Shown here in pieces: positions 1 to 8,512 of a DNA stretch of 16,693 bases. A model generated the notes under the pieces. That model searched no databases. It was not told the origin of the DNA and saw nothing but the letters and a program-made list of their open reading frames with translations. Source of the DNA: Candidatus Methylomirabilis sp. (lineage in GTDB: Bacteria; Methylomirabilota; Methylomirabilia; Methylomirabilales; Methylomirabilaceae). Position 1 is the first letter of the stretch. Each line of letters opens with the position of its first letter. The position numbers and the translations under genes are program-made. The stretch is from positions 1-16,693 of the forward strand of contig JBGQJI010000048.1 in assembly GCA_041498975.1 (NCBI GenBank). The letters run 5' to 3'.

Positions 1-145
1 AGAAGGAAAAATGACACTAACCTCAACGGCAACCGAGGGGGCCAAGCAGTCGCGTAGGCCTCGGATCGAACCAGGCCTTCGGGACCGGAGCGATAAGGTG
101 CAAGACCAGCGGCGCCATAGTGCTCCTCAAACGGAGGGTAAAGAG

Positions 146-631
146 GTGACACGACGCAGGATCTTGAAAGGCTTGCTGGTGATTGTTCTTCTCTGCGATG
201 TCACGAAGGTCGCGGCCGCTGAGTTCTCGTATCGCGGGGTCAAATTCGGCATGACGAGGGAAGAGATCTCGAAACTCGTGCCACTGGAGCCTGGGACCAA
301 CGAGGTCACGGGACGGCAGAGTTTTATGGATAAGCAGGTCGCCTTCCAGTTCGATGACAAAGGCCAGCTCTATGTCGTAGAAATCAGCTACTGGGTCCCG
401 GAGCCGGTGCAGCTCAAGCTGGCTGCAATGAAGAGAGCGTTGCAGAAGAAATACGCGGTCAGCAATCCCTCGGAAAAGGTCTGGGACCTGGGCGATGCGT
501 TCATGTCGTTGGACGACATCTTTGTCACGAACCCTAGTCGCTACTTGAAGACGACGATCACGTCCAAGCGGCTGTATGACGAATATCTCGACCGCGCCGG
601 CGCCACGTTTCGGCCGGCACTGCAGGATTGA
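146..631 (+). CDS. Putative exported/membrane-anchored hypothetical protein (alternative start ATG at 11)
   Basis: GTG at 146 is in frame with ORF 11..631 and follows GGAGGG/AGAG. The N-terminus TRRRILKGLLVIVLLCDVTKVAAA looks like a signal peptide and is followed by FSYRGVKFGMTREE. ATG 11 also has AAGGA upstream, so the start is uncertain. Confidence 0.7.
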   Translation: MTRRRILKGLLVIVLLCDVTKVAAAEFSYRGVKFGMTREEISKLVPLEPGTNEVTGRQSFMDKQVAFQFDDKGQLYVVEISYWVPEPVQLKLAAMKRALQKKYAVSNPSEKVWDLGDAFMSLDDIFVTNPSRYLKTTITSKRLYDEYLDRAGATFRPALQD

Positions 632-696
632 GATACCGTGTCCGCGGGCCCCTATCGACAGGTTGTTCCCTCCTGAGATTCTGGTGGATTGTCCTT

Positions 697-800
697 AGTG
701 CCGTTCCAACTTGTCGTGGCTAATCGCCGACAGGTGTCCTGTCAAGAATTATCGCTCATCCTTGCCTCACCATATTGGCGTAAATAGTTGGAACGGCACT
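697..800. mobile_element. Small 104-bp inverted-repeat-bounded element (possible MITE/IS remnant)
   Basis: AGTGCCGTTCCAACT (697-711) and AGTTGGAACGGCACT (786-800) are perfect 15-bp reverse complements. Internal hairpin GACAGG-tgt-CCTGTC at 729-743. Confidence 0.5.
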
Positions 801-965
801 GGCAAGGGACACGTCGGCCTGAACGCCACTTCAGCCGCGCTTGCGGCCGCCCACTCGATGCCGACCCCCTCTATGCCGAGCATGTATCCCGGTTGGATGG
901 TCTCGCAAAGGTCACTCTCGCGTCTGCGAGCTTCCTTCCATTGGTTCGCCCCGTCGTTCGGGTGC

Positions 966-1274
966 GGGTGTGCGACAAATTTGTGGGTTTCCTTTCGTCA
1001 GTCTCAGCCCCTCAACCTTCCGGTCGCGCTGAGGAGGCCGCGTTTTTTTGGCGGCCGTCTCGAAGCGCGTCGGCAGCGCCCAGATCGCGGCCCGGGTGCG
1101 GGCTGCCGGGATGCGGAGCGCCCTTCGAGACGCGGCCTGGGAAGATGGCCGCTCCTCAAGGGCGAACGGGTTTGAAGCGGCCGCGTGGAATGTCATCTGA
1201 TAGTACTGGTACTGTCAGATCGGTACCGATTCACAGGGTCCGCGGCACGTTCCCCACAAATTTGACGCACACCC
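966..1274. mobile_element. 309-bp non-autonomous MITE-like element with 22-bp TIRs and 9-bp target-site duplication
   Basis: TIRs GGGTGTGCGACAAATTTGTGGG (966-987) and CCCACAAATTTGACGCACACCC (1253-1274) match at 21/22. The direct repeat TTCGGGTGC abuts both ends (957-965, 1275-1283). No transposase inside. Confidence 0.85.
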
Positions 1275-1290
1275 TTCGGGTGCGCGGGGC

Positions 1291-1319
1291 TTGCACTTCG
1301 TGCGTTGATTTGTTAAGGT
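1291..1319 (+). promoter_or_regulatory. Candidate sigma70 promoter P1 for the exonuclease-mtaB-mtnP operon
   Basis: TTGCAC (1291-1296), 17 bp spacer, TAAGGT (1314-1319), with extended -10 TG at 1311-1312. Confidence 0.45.
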
Positions 1320-1373
1320 TCGCCATTCCGAGTCCCATCAACATCGCTACGTTGTCGCCCGACCTCTGTAGAA

Positions 1374-1401
1374 TTGAACTGTCCCGGACCTGTGGTAAGC
1401 T
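1374..1401 (+). promoter_or_regulatory. Candidate sigma70 promoter P2 (near-leaderless transcript of the 1411 gene)
   Basis: TTGAAC (1374-1379), 16 bp spacer, TAAGCT (1396-1401), extended TG at 1393-1394. The ATG lies 9 nt downstream with no SD. Confidence 0.45.
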
Positions 1402-1410
1402 CGTAACCCC

Positions 1411-1899
1411 ATGAAGGCCTACCTCGATATCGAAACGTCATTCGACGGCGCGATTACGGTGATCGGCGTGTACGCTGAGGACCGAGGCATGATCCAGTTG
1501 ATCGGAGGAAAGGTCAGCGACCTCGCGGTCTGGCGGGCACTCGAGGGGGCGCACACGATCTGCACCTATAACGGCAGCCGCTTCGACCTGCCGGTCATTC
1601 GCCGGCGGCTGGGCCTCGACTTGGCGAAGGAGTTCCGATCTCACGATCTGATGTATGACTGCTGGCGGCATGGCCTGTTCGGCGGACTGAAGCGCGTAGA
1701 GGAACAGCTCGGCATCGCTCGGTGTTCGAAGGGGATCGATGGTTTTGTCGCGATGCGGCTCTGGTCCAGATACGAAGAAGGCGGCGACGAAGAGGCGTTG
1801 AGCACGCTCCTCGGTTACAACCGGGACGATGTGCTGAATCTCCCGGTCCTCGAAGCGCATCTCCTGGAGCTCGAAGAGATACATGCGGATCGCGATTAA
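1411..1899 (+). CDS. YprB/RNase_H_2-like (DnaQ/DEDD superfamily) 3'-5' exonuclease
   Basis: Motifs YLDIET, TYNGSRFDLP, HDL, GGLKRVEEQLG and YNRDDV. Confidence 0.88.
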   Translation: MKAYLDIETSFDGAITVIGVYAEDRGMIQLIGGKVSDLAVWRALEGAHTICTYNGSRFDLPVIRRRLGLDLAKEFRSHDLMYDCWRHGLFGGLKRVEEQLGIARCSKGIDGFVAMRLWSRYEEGGDEEALSTLLGYNRDDVLNLPVLEAHLLELEEIHADRD

Positions 1900-3211
1900 G
1901 ACGCTGGGCTGCCGGCAGAATCAGTACGAGAGCGACGCGCTGGGGGAATCGCTGCGACGGGAGGGACACACCGCAGCCGCCGCCGACGAAGAGGCCGACC
2001 TGTTCATCATCAATACCTGTACCGTGACGAAGGAGGCCGACGCCGACTCTCGACAGATGATCAGGCGAGCGGTGCGGCACAACCCGTCCGCCCGCGTGGT
2101 CGTCACCGGGTGCTACGCCCAGGCGGCAGCCAAGGAGATCGCCGCGATCCCCGGTGTCGATCTTGTGGCCGGCAACTCGGAGAAGGCGCGGCTCGCCGAC
2201 CTGATCAAGGGCTTGGGGGAGCGAGGCTCGCCGCTGATCGCTGTCGGCGACATCCAGCGGTCCCGAAGCTTCGAGTCGCTTCCGCCGCCCGTTGCGGCGT
2301 CTCGAAGCCGGGCGTTCCTGAAGGTTCAGGACGGGTGTAACTACCGCTGCACCTTCTGCATCATTCCCGACACCCGCGGGCCCAACCGAAGTCAGCCGAA
2401 GGAGACTGCGCTACGTGACTTGAAGGCCCTCGTGGATGCCGGGTACCCTGAGGTCGTCCTGACCGGGATCCACCTGGGTACGTATGGCCGTGACCTCCCG
2501 ACTCGAACATCAATTGCCGGGTTGGTGGCGGAGATGCTGGAGGTTGGGGCACCGGCGAAGATACGCCTGAGCTCTCTCGATCCACATGAGGTCAAGGAGG
2601 ATTTGATTGGCCTCTTCGCGCGCTTCGGAAATCTCTGCCGCCACCTGCACCTGCCCCTGCAGAGTGGCGATGATGGGGTCCTCAAGCTGATGCGACGCGC
2701 CTACAGAGCGGATGATTTTCGTCGGCTGGTGGAAAGGCTTGCGGAGGCAGTCCCGGGGATCGCCGTGGGGACCGATGTCATCGTCGGATTCCCCGGCGAG
2801 AGGGAAGAGGAGTTTGAGAACACGTACAGACTCCTCGAAGGCCTGCCGATATCCTATCTCCACGTCTTCAGCTACTCGCAGCGGGATGGAACGATTGCGG
2901 CTTCATTGCCGGGCCAGGTTCCCAAGGCCGTAAGGGCGGCGCGGAGCTTCGGCCTCCGGTCGCTGAGCGAAAACAAGTGGCATCAGTTCCGGAGCGCACA
3001 CGTGGGGCAGTCGCTCACGGCCGTCGTCCTGGACAGGAGGGATGCACGGACCGGACGGCTTGAGGCACTGACAGATAATTATGTTACTGTCGCCCTGGAC
3101 GCCGCTGAGAGGCTTATAGGCCGCGTGGTGACTCTCACCGTCGAGACCGTGACCGGGCGGGAAACGCTCGGTCGACTGAGTTCGCCGGAGGAAAAATGGC
3201 CGAGGGGCTGA
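1883..3211 (+). CDS. mtaB: tRNA t6A37 methylthiotransferase MtaB (radical SAM)
   Basis: N-terminal TLGCRQNQYES and INTCTVT (MTTase N domain, MtaB-type), radical SAM motif KVQDGCNYRCTFCIIP, HLHLPLQSG, LHVFSYSQRDGT, and a C-terminal TRAM-like region. Confidence 0.93.
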   Translation: MRIAIKTLGCRQNQYESDALGESLRREGHTAAAADEEADLFIINTCTVTKEADADSRQMIRRAVRHNPSARVVVTGCYAQAAAKEIAAIPGVDLVAGNSEKARLADLIKGLGERGSPLIAVGDIQRSRSFESLPPPVAASRSRAFLKVQDGCNYRCTFCIIPDTRGPNRSQPKETALRDLKALVDAGYPEVVLTGIHLGTYGRDLPTRTSIAGLVAEMLEVGAPAKIRLSSLDPHEVKEDLIGLFARFGNLCRHLHLPLQSGDDGVLKLMRRAYRADDFRRLVERLAEAVPGIAVGTDVIVGFPGEREEEFENTYRLLEGLPISYLHVFSYSQRDGTIAASLPGQVPKAVRAARSFGLRSLSENKWHQFRSAHVGQSLTAVVLDRRDARTGRLEALTDNYVTVALDAAERLIGRVVTLTVETVTGRETLGRLSSPEEKWPRG

Positions 3212-4062
3212 TCGGGATCATCGGCGGGAGCGGGCTCTACGAGATGGAGGGGCTCGAGTCGATCGAGGAGCGGCGGGTCGAGACACCCTTTGGCTCGCCG
3301 TCCGATGTCTTCGTCACCGGGCTCCTTCAGGGGCGGCGGGTGGCGTTCCTGGCTCGGCATGGACGGGGCCATCGGCTGATGCCATCAGAGCTGAATTTCC
3401 GGGCGAACATTTTCGCCTTCAAACTCCTGGGGGCGGAGCGGGTGATCTCCGCCTCGGCGGTGGGAAGCATGCGGGAGGATCTCCCCCCCCGGGACATCGT
3501 CATCCCGGATCAGTTCTTCGATCGGACGAAGGGGAGGGCCAGCACCTTCTTCGGCAACGGGCTCGTCGCCCATGTGAGCTTCGCCGACCCGACCTGTCCG
3601 GTCCTGAGTGGCATGTTATTCGCGGCCGGCCAGGCTGTGGGGGCCCGAATTCATCAGGGCGGAACCTACCTCTGCATCGAGGGTCCGCAGTTCTCCACCA
3701 GGGCAGAGTCCCGGATCTACCGAAGCTGGGGAGTGGATGTCATCGGGATGACCAACCTGCAAGAGGCGAAGCTCTGCCGCGAGGCGGAAATCTGCTATGC
3801 GACCCTCGCCCTGGTGACCGATTATGATGTCTGGCACGAGACGGAGGAGGATGTCTCCGTGGAAGCGGTGGTGGCGATCCTGAAACAGAATGCCGAAACG
3901 GCCAAGGCCATTATCAGGGCCGCAGTGGCGTCGTTTCATGGGGGGAGAGAGGGCTGCCCCTGCCCCATCGCGTTGAGGGACGCCATCATCACCGCGCGCG
4001 ACGCGATCCCGGCACAGGTTCGAGAACGGTTGCGTCCGATCATCGGGAAGTATGTGAAATGA
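3196..4062 (+). CDS. mtnP: S-methyl-5'-thioadenosine phosphorylase
   Basis: IGIIGGSGLY, ETPFGSPS, FLARHG, NFRANI, EGPQFSTRAES, IGMTNLQEAKL, VTDYDVW. Confidence 0.93.
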   Translation: MAEGLIGIIGGSGLYEMEGLESIEERRVETPFGSPSDVFVTGLLQGRRVAFLARHGRGHRLMPSELNFRANIFAFKLLGAERVISASAVGSMREDLPPRDIVIPDQFFDRTKGRASTFFGNGLVAHVSFADPTCPVLSGMLFAAGQAVGARIHQGGTYLCIEGPQFSTRAESRIYRSWGVDVIGMTNLQEAKLCREAEICYATLALVTDYDVWHETEEDVSVEAVVAILKQNAETAKAIIRAAVASFHGGREGCPCPIALRDAIITARDAIPAQVRERLRPIIGKYVK

Positions 4063-4063
4063 C

Positions 4064-4165
4064 GTGCGAGGTGCCAGGTGCGATGTGCGGAGTGCCAAAT
4101 TCGGCGGGCATTGCCAGCCAATCACAATTTGTTCTTGTCGCACCCCGCACCCCGCACCCCGGACG
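4064..4165. repeat. Inverted heptamer tandem repeat (GTGCnnn)x5 / (nCGCACC)x3-4
   Basis: GTGCGAG GTGCCAG GTGCGAT GTGCGGA GTGCCAA (4064-4098) and TCGCACC CCGCACC CCGCACC CCGGACG (4138-4165). Confidence 0.8.
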
Positions 4166-4174
4166 CTTTAGCCT

Positions 4175-5083
4175 ATGAGTATTCTGGTCGTTGGGTCGGT
4201 GGCACTTGACTCCGTCCGGACCCCCTTCGGAAGTGTGGAGGAGGTGCTCGGGGGGTCGGCCACGTACTTCTCGACGGCGGCTAGTTACTTTGCCGATGTC
4301 CGGGTCGTGGCGGTGGCGGGGGACGATTTCCCCGAGGAGCACCTCACATTCCTGAAACAGAGGTCGATCGACCTCCAGGGCCTGCAGAGAGCGCGAGGGC
4401 GCACCTTCAGGTGGGCCGGCGAGTACGGGTTCGATCTGAACGACGCCCGGACGCTGGAGACCCAGCTCAATGTCTTCGCCGAGTTTCGACCCGAGATCCC
4501 GGAGGCCTACAGGGAGAGTGAGCTGGTCTTTCTGGCCAACATCGACCCCGATCTGCAGCAAAAAGTTCTCGGGCAGGTCCGCTCGCCGAGGCTGGTGGCG
4601 GCCGACACGATGAACTTCTGGATCGAGCGCAAGTTCGAGGCGCTCCGGGAAACGCTGAAGTCAGTAGACGTCCTCCTCATCAACGACGCCGAGACGCGCC
4701 AGCTTGCCGGGGAACCGAACCTGGTCCGAGCCGCACAAAAGATCCTCACCTGGGGCCCGACCTCGCTGGTGATCAAGCGTGGGGAGTACGGCGCGCTGAT
4801 GGTCCGCGAGGACGGCTGGTTCGCGGCTCCGGCGATCCCGCTTGATTCGGTATTTGACCCGACCGGGGCCGGGGACTGCTTTGCCGGCGGATTCATCGGG
4901 TATCTTGCCAACACGATGAATTTCGAAGACGCAAACATCCGGAAGGCGATTGTCATGGGATCAGTCATGGCCTCGTTCAACGTCGAGGCCTTCTCGCTCG
5001 ATCGTTTGCGGCGGCTTACCTATCCCGAAATCGAAGCGAGATACAAAGCGTTCAAGCAGCTCGCTCAGTTCGAGGATCTTTAG
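4175..5083 (+). CDS. PfkB/ribokinase-family carbohydrate or nucleoside kinase
   Basis: VVGSVALD, LGGSATY, INDAE, IKRGEYGA and the PfkB signature DPTGAGDCFAGG. Confidence 0.92.
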   Translation: MSILVVGSVALDSVRTPFGSVEEVLGGSATYFSTAASYFADVRVVAVAGDDFPEEHLTFLKQRSIDLQGLQRARGRTFRWAGEYGFDLNDARTLETQLNVFAEFRPEIPEAYRESELVFLANIDPDLQQKVLGQVRSPRLVAADTMNFWIERKFEALRETLKSVDVLLINDAETRQLAGEPNLVRAAQKILTWGPTSLVIKRGEYGALMVREDGWFAAPAIPLDSVFDPTGAGDCFAGGFIGYLANTMNFEDANIRKAIVMGSVMASFNVEAFSLDRLRRLTYPEIEARYKAFKQLAQFEDL

Positions 5084-5273
5084 GAACTGTTGCGGGCGCA
5101 GTGCCTTTTTCGGTTGCGCCTCTGTCGGCCTTCATGATAACGTCTCCCAGCGTTCGCCATGTCGTTCCCAGGGCACCTTGATTTCGTTCGGTACACCTCC
5201 CAGTTGATAGTTCCCTGCTCTACCGGGATGGATCTAGCTGCTCACGGCACCGCAAACGAGAGGGGGGGGAAGT

Positions 5274-6833
5274 ATGGCGGAAGAACGCCATAAGGACAGA
5301 GTAGTAGAGTTGCGCCGCCGCCGCGAGGCCGCTCTTCAAGGGGGCGGGAAAGATCGAATCGACCGGCAACACCAATCGGGGAAGCTGACGGCGCGGGAAC
5401 GGATCGAACTCCTCCTTGACAAAGGGAGCTTCACGGAGTTGGACACCCTTGTGACCCATCAGTGCTACGACTTCGAGATGGATCGGCAGCGGGTCCCAGG
5501 GGACGGGGTGGTGATCGGATACGGGGCGATCGATGGGCGACAGGTCTACATCTTCGCCCAGGATTTCACCGTTTTCGGCGGGAGTCTGAGCGGGGCCCAC
5601 GCCGCGAAGATTTGCAAGGTGATGGAACTGGCTCTCAAGATGGGCGCCCCGATCATCGGCCTCAACGACTCGGGAGGCGCCCGGATCCAAGAGGGGGTCG
5701 TCTCGCTGGCGGGATACGCCGACATCTTCCTTCGAAACACGCTGGCCTCGGGCGTAGTTCCCCAGATCGCGGCCGTTATGGGGCCGTGCGCTGGGGGCGC
5801 GGTCTATTCCCCTGCGCTGATGGACTTCGTCTTCATGGTGCGACACACCAGCCACATGTTCGTCACGGGTCCGGACGTGATCAAGACCGTCCTCCACGAG
5901 GAGGTCACCTTCGAGGAGCTGGGCGGCGCCATGACCCACAACGCCGCCTCTGGAGTGGCCCATTTCGCGGCGGAGTCCGAGGACGAGTGTCTTGCCTCAA
6001 TCAGGGACCTCCTTTCTTATCTCCCTCAGAACAATCTGGAAGACCCGCCCCGTCGGGAGACCCGGGACGATCCCGATCGGCGAGACGAGGCCTTGAACGG
6101 GCTTGTCCCCGACAATCCAAACAAGCCATATGACATCAAGGAGCTGATCCGTATGGTGGTGGACGACGGCGACTTCTTCGAGGTCCAGGAACATTTCGCC
6201 CAGAACATCGTCGTCGGCTTCGCTCGACTGGACGGCCAGTCGGTCGGGTTTGTGGCCAATCAGCCCGCGGTCCTGGCGGGCTGTCTCGACATCGGATCCT
6301 CCATCAAGGCGGCTCGATTTATCCGCTTTTGCGACGCCTTCAACATTCCCATCATCACGCTAGAGGACGTCCCGGGGTATCTCCCGGGCACGGCCCAGGA
6401 ACTCGGTGGGATCATCAAGCATGGAGCAAAGCTCTTGTATGCGTATGGCGAGGCTACGGTGCCCAAGATCACCGTCATCACTCGGAAGGCCTACGGAGGC
6501 GCCTACTGTGTCATGGGCAGCAAGCACATGCGGGCAGACATCAACTTTGCCTACCCGACTGCGGAAATCGCTGTGATGGGACCCGAAGGCGCCGTCAACA
6601 TCCTCTATAAGCGAAAGATCGCCGATGAGGCTGATCCCGTGGCCTTCCGCGAGGAAAAGATCACGGAATTCCGCGATATGTTTGCCAATCCGTACATCGC
6701 CGCGGAGCGGGGGTACATCGACGAGGTGATCGAGCCTCAGGAAACTCGCCCCAAGCTGATTCGAGCGTTACGGTCGCTCCGGACGAAGCGCGAGACGAAC
6801 CCCCCGAAGAAACACGGGAACATCCCGCTGTAG
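5274..6833 (+). CDS. pccB: Acyl-CoA (propionyl-CoA) carboxylase carboxyltransferase beta subunit
   Basis: [50 protein letters not shown]-terminal PKKHGNIPL. Confidence 0.95.
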   Translation: MAEERHKDRVVELRRRREAALQGGGKDRIDRQHQSGKLTARERIELLLDKGSFTELDTLVTHQCYDFEMDRQRVPGDGVVIGYGAIDGRQVYIFAQDFTVFGGSLSGAHAAKICKVMELALKMGAPIIGLNDSGGARIQEGVVSLAGYADIFLRNTLASGVVPQIAAVMGPCAGGAVYSPALMDFVFMVRHTSHMFVTGPDVIKTVLHEEVTFEELGGAMTHNAASGVAHFAAESEDECLASIRDLLSYLPQNNLEDPPRRETRDDPDRRDEALNGLVPDNPNKPYDIKELIRMVVDDGDFFEVQEHFAQNIVVGFARLDGQSVGFVANQPAVLAGCLDIGSSIKAARFIRFCDAFNIPIITLEDVPGYLPGTAQELGGIIKHGAKLLYAYGEATVPKITVITRKAYGGAYCVMGSKHMRADINFAYPTAEIAVMGPEGAVNILYKRKIADEADPVAFREEKITEFRDMFANPYIAAERGYIDEVIEPQETRPKLIRALRSLRTKRETNPPKKHGNIPL

Positions 6834-6848
6834 GGCAGGGCTAAGAGC

Positions 6849-6916
6849 AGGGTAGTGGGTATAGGGTTTAGGAGAGATCGTTTCCCCTAAACCCTACACC
6901 CTAGACGCTAGACCCT
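6849..6916. repeat. Inverted heptamer tandem repeat (AGGGTnn) / (CCCTAnA)
   Basis: AGGGTAG TGGGTAT AGGGTTT AGG ... CCCTAAA CCCTACA CCCTAGA CGCTAGA CCCT, ending immediately before the accC ATG at 6917. Confidence 0.8.
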
Positions 6917-8419
6917 ATGTTTAAGAAGATCCTTATCGCCAATCGCGGAGAGATCGCAGTCCGGGTGATCCGTGCCTGTCGAGAAATGGGCATCGGCACC
7001 GTTGCGGTTTACTCCGAAGCAGATCGAGCCGCTCTGCATGTAAGGCTGGCCGACGAGGCGTACCTGATCGGTCCCCCCCCTTCCGCCCAGAGCTATCTGA
7101 AGGTTGATCGGGTCATCGAGACTGCGAAGGTGTCCGGTGCGGAGGCCATCCATCCGGGGTATGGTTTCCTGTCGGAAAATCCGGAGTTCGCCCTGCGGGT
7201 CGAGCAAGAGGGGCTTGCGTTTGTCGGTCCGACCTCTCAGGCGATCCGAGCGATGGGGGGCAAGACCTCCGCTCGAAGCCTTGCGACCAAGGCCGGCGTG
7301 ACGGTGGTCCCGGGAACGACCAGGGACCTGACTGATCAGGAAGTGCTTCAGGCGGCCAAAGAGATCGGGCTTCCGGTGCTAATCAAGGCATCCGCAGGCG
7401 GGGGCGGCAAAGGGATGCGCATTGCCTCGACCGAGGCCGAACTGGCGGGCGCTATCCGCGCTGCCCGGTCGGAGGCCTCATCTGCCTTCGGTAACCCGGC
7501 CATCTACGTGGAGCGGTATCTGGAACGCGCTCGCCACATCGAGATGCAGATCCTTGCCGATAAGGCGGGCAATGTGGTGTATCTTGGGGAACGCGAGTGC
7601 TCGCTGCAGCGGCGTCACCAGAAGGTGATTGAAGAGTCTCCCTCGCCTTTTGTCGATGCTGATCTGAGGCGCCGGCTTGGCAAGGCGGCCGTCAAGCTGG
7701 CGAAGGCCGCTGGTTATACCAATGCTGGCACATTGGAGTTCCTGGTCGATTCGGCCAAGAACTTCTATTTCCTGGAGTTGAATGCGCGGTTGCAAGTGGA
7801 GCACCCGGTCACCGAGATGGTGACGGGGCTCGATCTCGTGAAGGAGCAGATCCGGATCGCGGCGGGCGAGCCCCTCTCCGTGCGACAGGAAGAGATCGAG
7901 TTGCGCGGACACGCCATCGAGTGCCGAATCTACGCCGAGGACCCCTTTAACAACTTCATGCCCTCCCCGGGGCGAATCCACGTGCTGCGTAATCCGACGG
8001 GCCCTGGCATCCGGATCGATAGTGGAATCTACGAGGGGTGCGAGGTCCCGATCTTCTACGACCCCATCGTGGCGAAGCTGATTGCGTGGGGACAGGATCG
8101 GGCCGAGGCGATCGGGAGGATGCGGCGAGCCCTGCGTGAGTATGCGATCCTCGGAGTAAAGACCAGCATTCCGTTTCACCATAGAATCCTCGACGATCCG
8201 CAGTTCCTGAAGGGCGAGTTCCACACACAGTTCCTGGAGAAATGGCTGGCCGAAGGATTCAAGGAGGAGAGCGGGAGTCTAGCTGAGATCGCGCTGGTCG
8301 CGGGAGCGCTCTATCTCCATACGAAGAAGCCGCCTTCGCCTGCGCCCGCCGGACAGGCTGCCCCCGCCGAAAGCCTCTGGAAACTGGCCGCACGACACGA
8401 GGCGATGCGACGCAGATGA
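6917..8419 (+). CDS. accC: Biotin carboxylase subunit of acetyl/propionyl-CoA carboxylase
   Basis: KKILIANRGEIA, IHPGYGFLSEN, KASAGGGGKGMR, ERECSLQRRHQK, LELNARLQVEHPVTE, YDPIVAKL. Confidence 0.95.
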   Translation: MFKKILIANRGEIAVRVIRACREMGIGTVAVYSEADRAALHVRLADEAYLIGPPPSAQSYLKVDRVIETAKVSGAEAIHPGYGFLSENPEFALRVEQEGLAFVGPTSQAIRAMGGKTSARSLATKAGVTVVPGTTRDLTDQEVLQAAKEIGLPVLIKASAGGGGKGMRIASTEAELAGAIRAARSEASSAFGNPAIYVERYLERARHIEMQILADKAGNVVYLGERECSLQRRHQKVIEESPSPFVDADLRRRLGKAAVKLAKAAGYTNAGTLEFLVDSAKNFYFLELNARLQVEHPVTEMVTGLDLVKEQIRIAAGEPLSVRQEEIELRGHAIECRIYAEDPFNNFMPSPGRIHVLRNPTGPGIRIDSGIYEGCEVPIFYDPIVAKLIAWGQDRAEAIGRMRRALREYAILGVKTSIPFHHRILDDPQFLKGEFHTQFLEKWLAEGFKEESGSLAEIALVAGALYLHTKKPPSPAPAGQAAPAESLWKLAARHEAMRRR

Positions 8420-8424
8420 AAGAC

Positions 8425-8503
8425 GTGCAACGTGCGTGGTGCGCAGTGCGGACGATGTCGCTCGTCTTATCGCACCTCGCACCTCGCACCTCGCACCTCG
8501 CGC
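8425..8503. repeat. Inverted heptamer tandem repeat (GTGCnnn)x4 / (TCGCACC)x4
   Basis: GTGCAAC GTGCGTG GTGCGCA GTGCGGA (8425-8452) and four perfect TCGCACC units (8470-8497). Confidence 0.85.
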
Positions 8504-8512
8504 GGTGGTTGC

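Noticed and set aside
766..965. Minus-strand frame HPNDGANQWKEARRRESDLCETIQPGYMLGIEGVGIEW... possibly interrupted by the MITE
   Set aside because: Removing the MITE does not restore an ORF with a start (a TAA lies shortly upstream), and I recognise no family. A gene remnant cannot be supported.
711..1414. ORFs 711..1175, 788..1414, 841..1032 and 912..1196
   Set aside because: They read through the MITE and IR elements, have no recognisable motifs, and have Arg/Pro-rich shadow-like composition.
5262..5269. G8 tract upstream of pccB as a phase-variation site
   Set aside because: Short, serves as the SD, and is unremarkable in GC-rich DNA.
7073..7080. C8 tract inside accC
   Set aside because: In frame, encodes GPPP at a normally Pro-containing position; the gene is intact.
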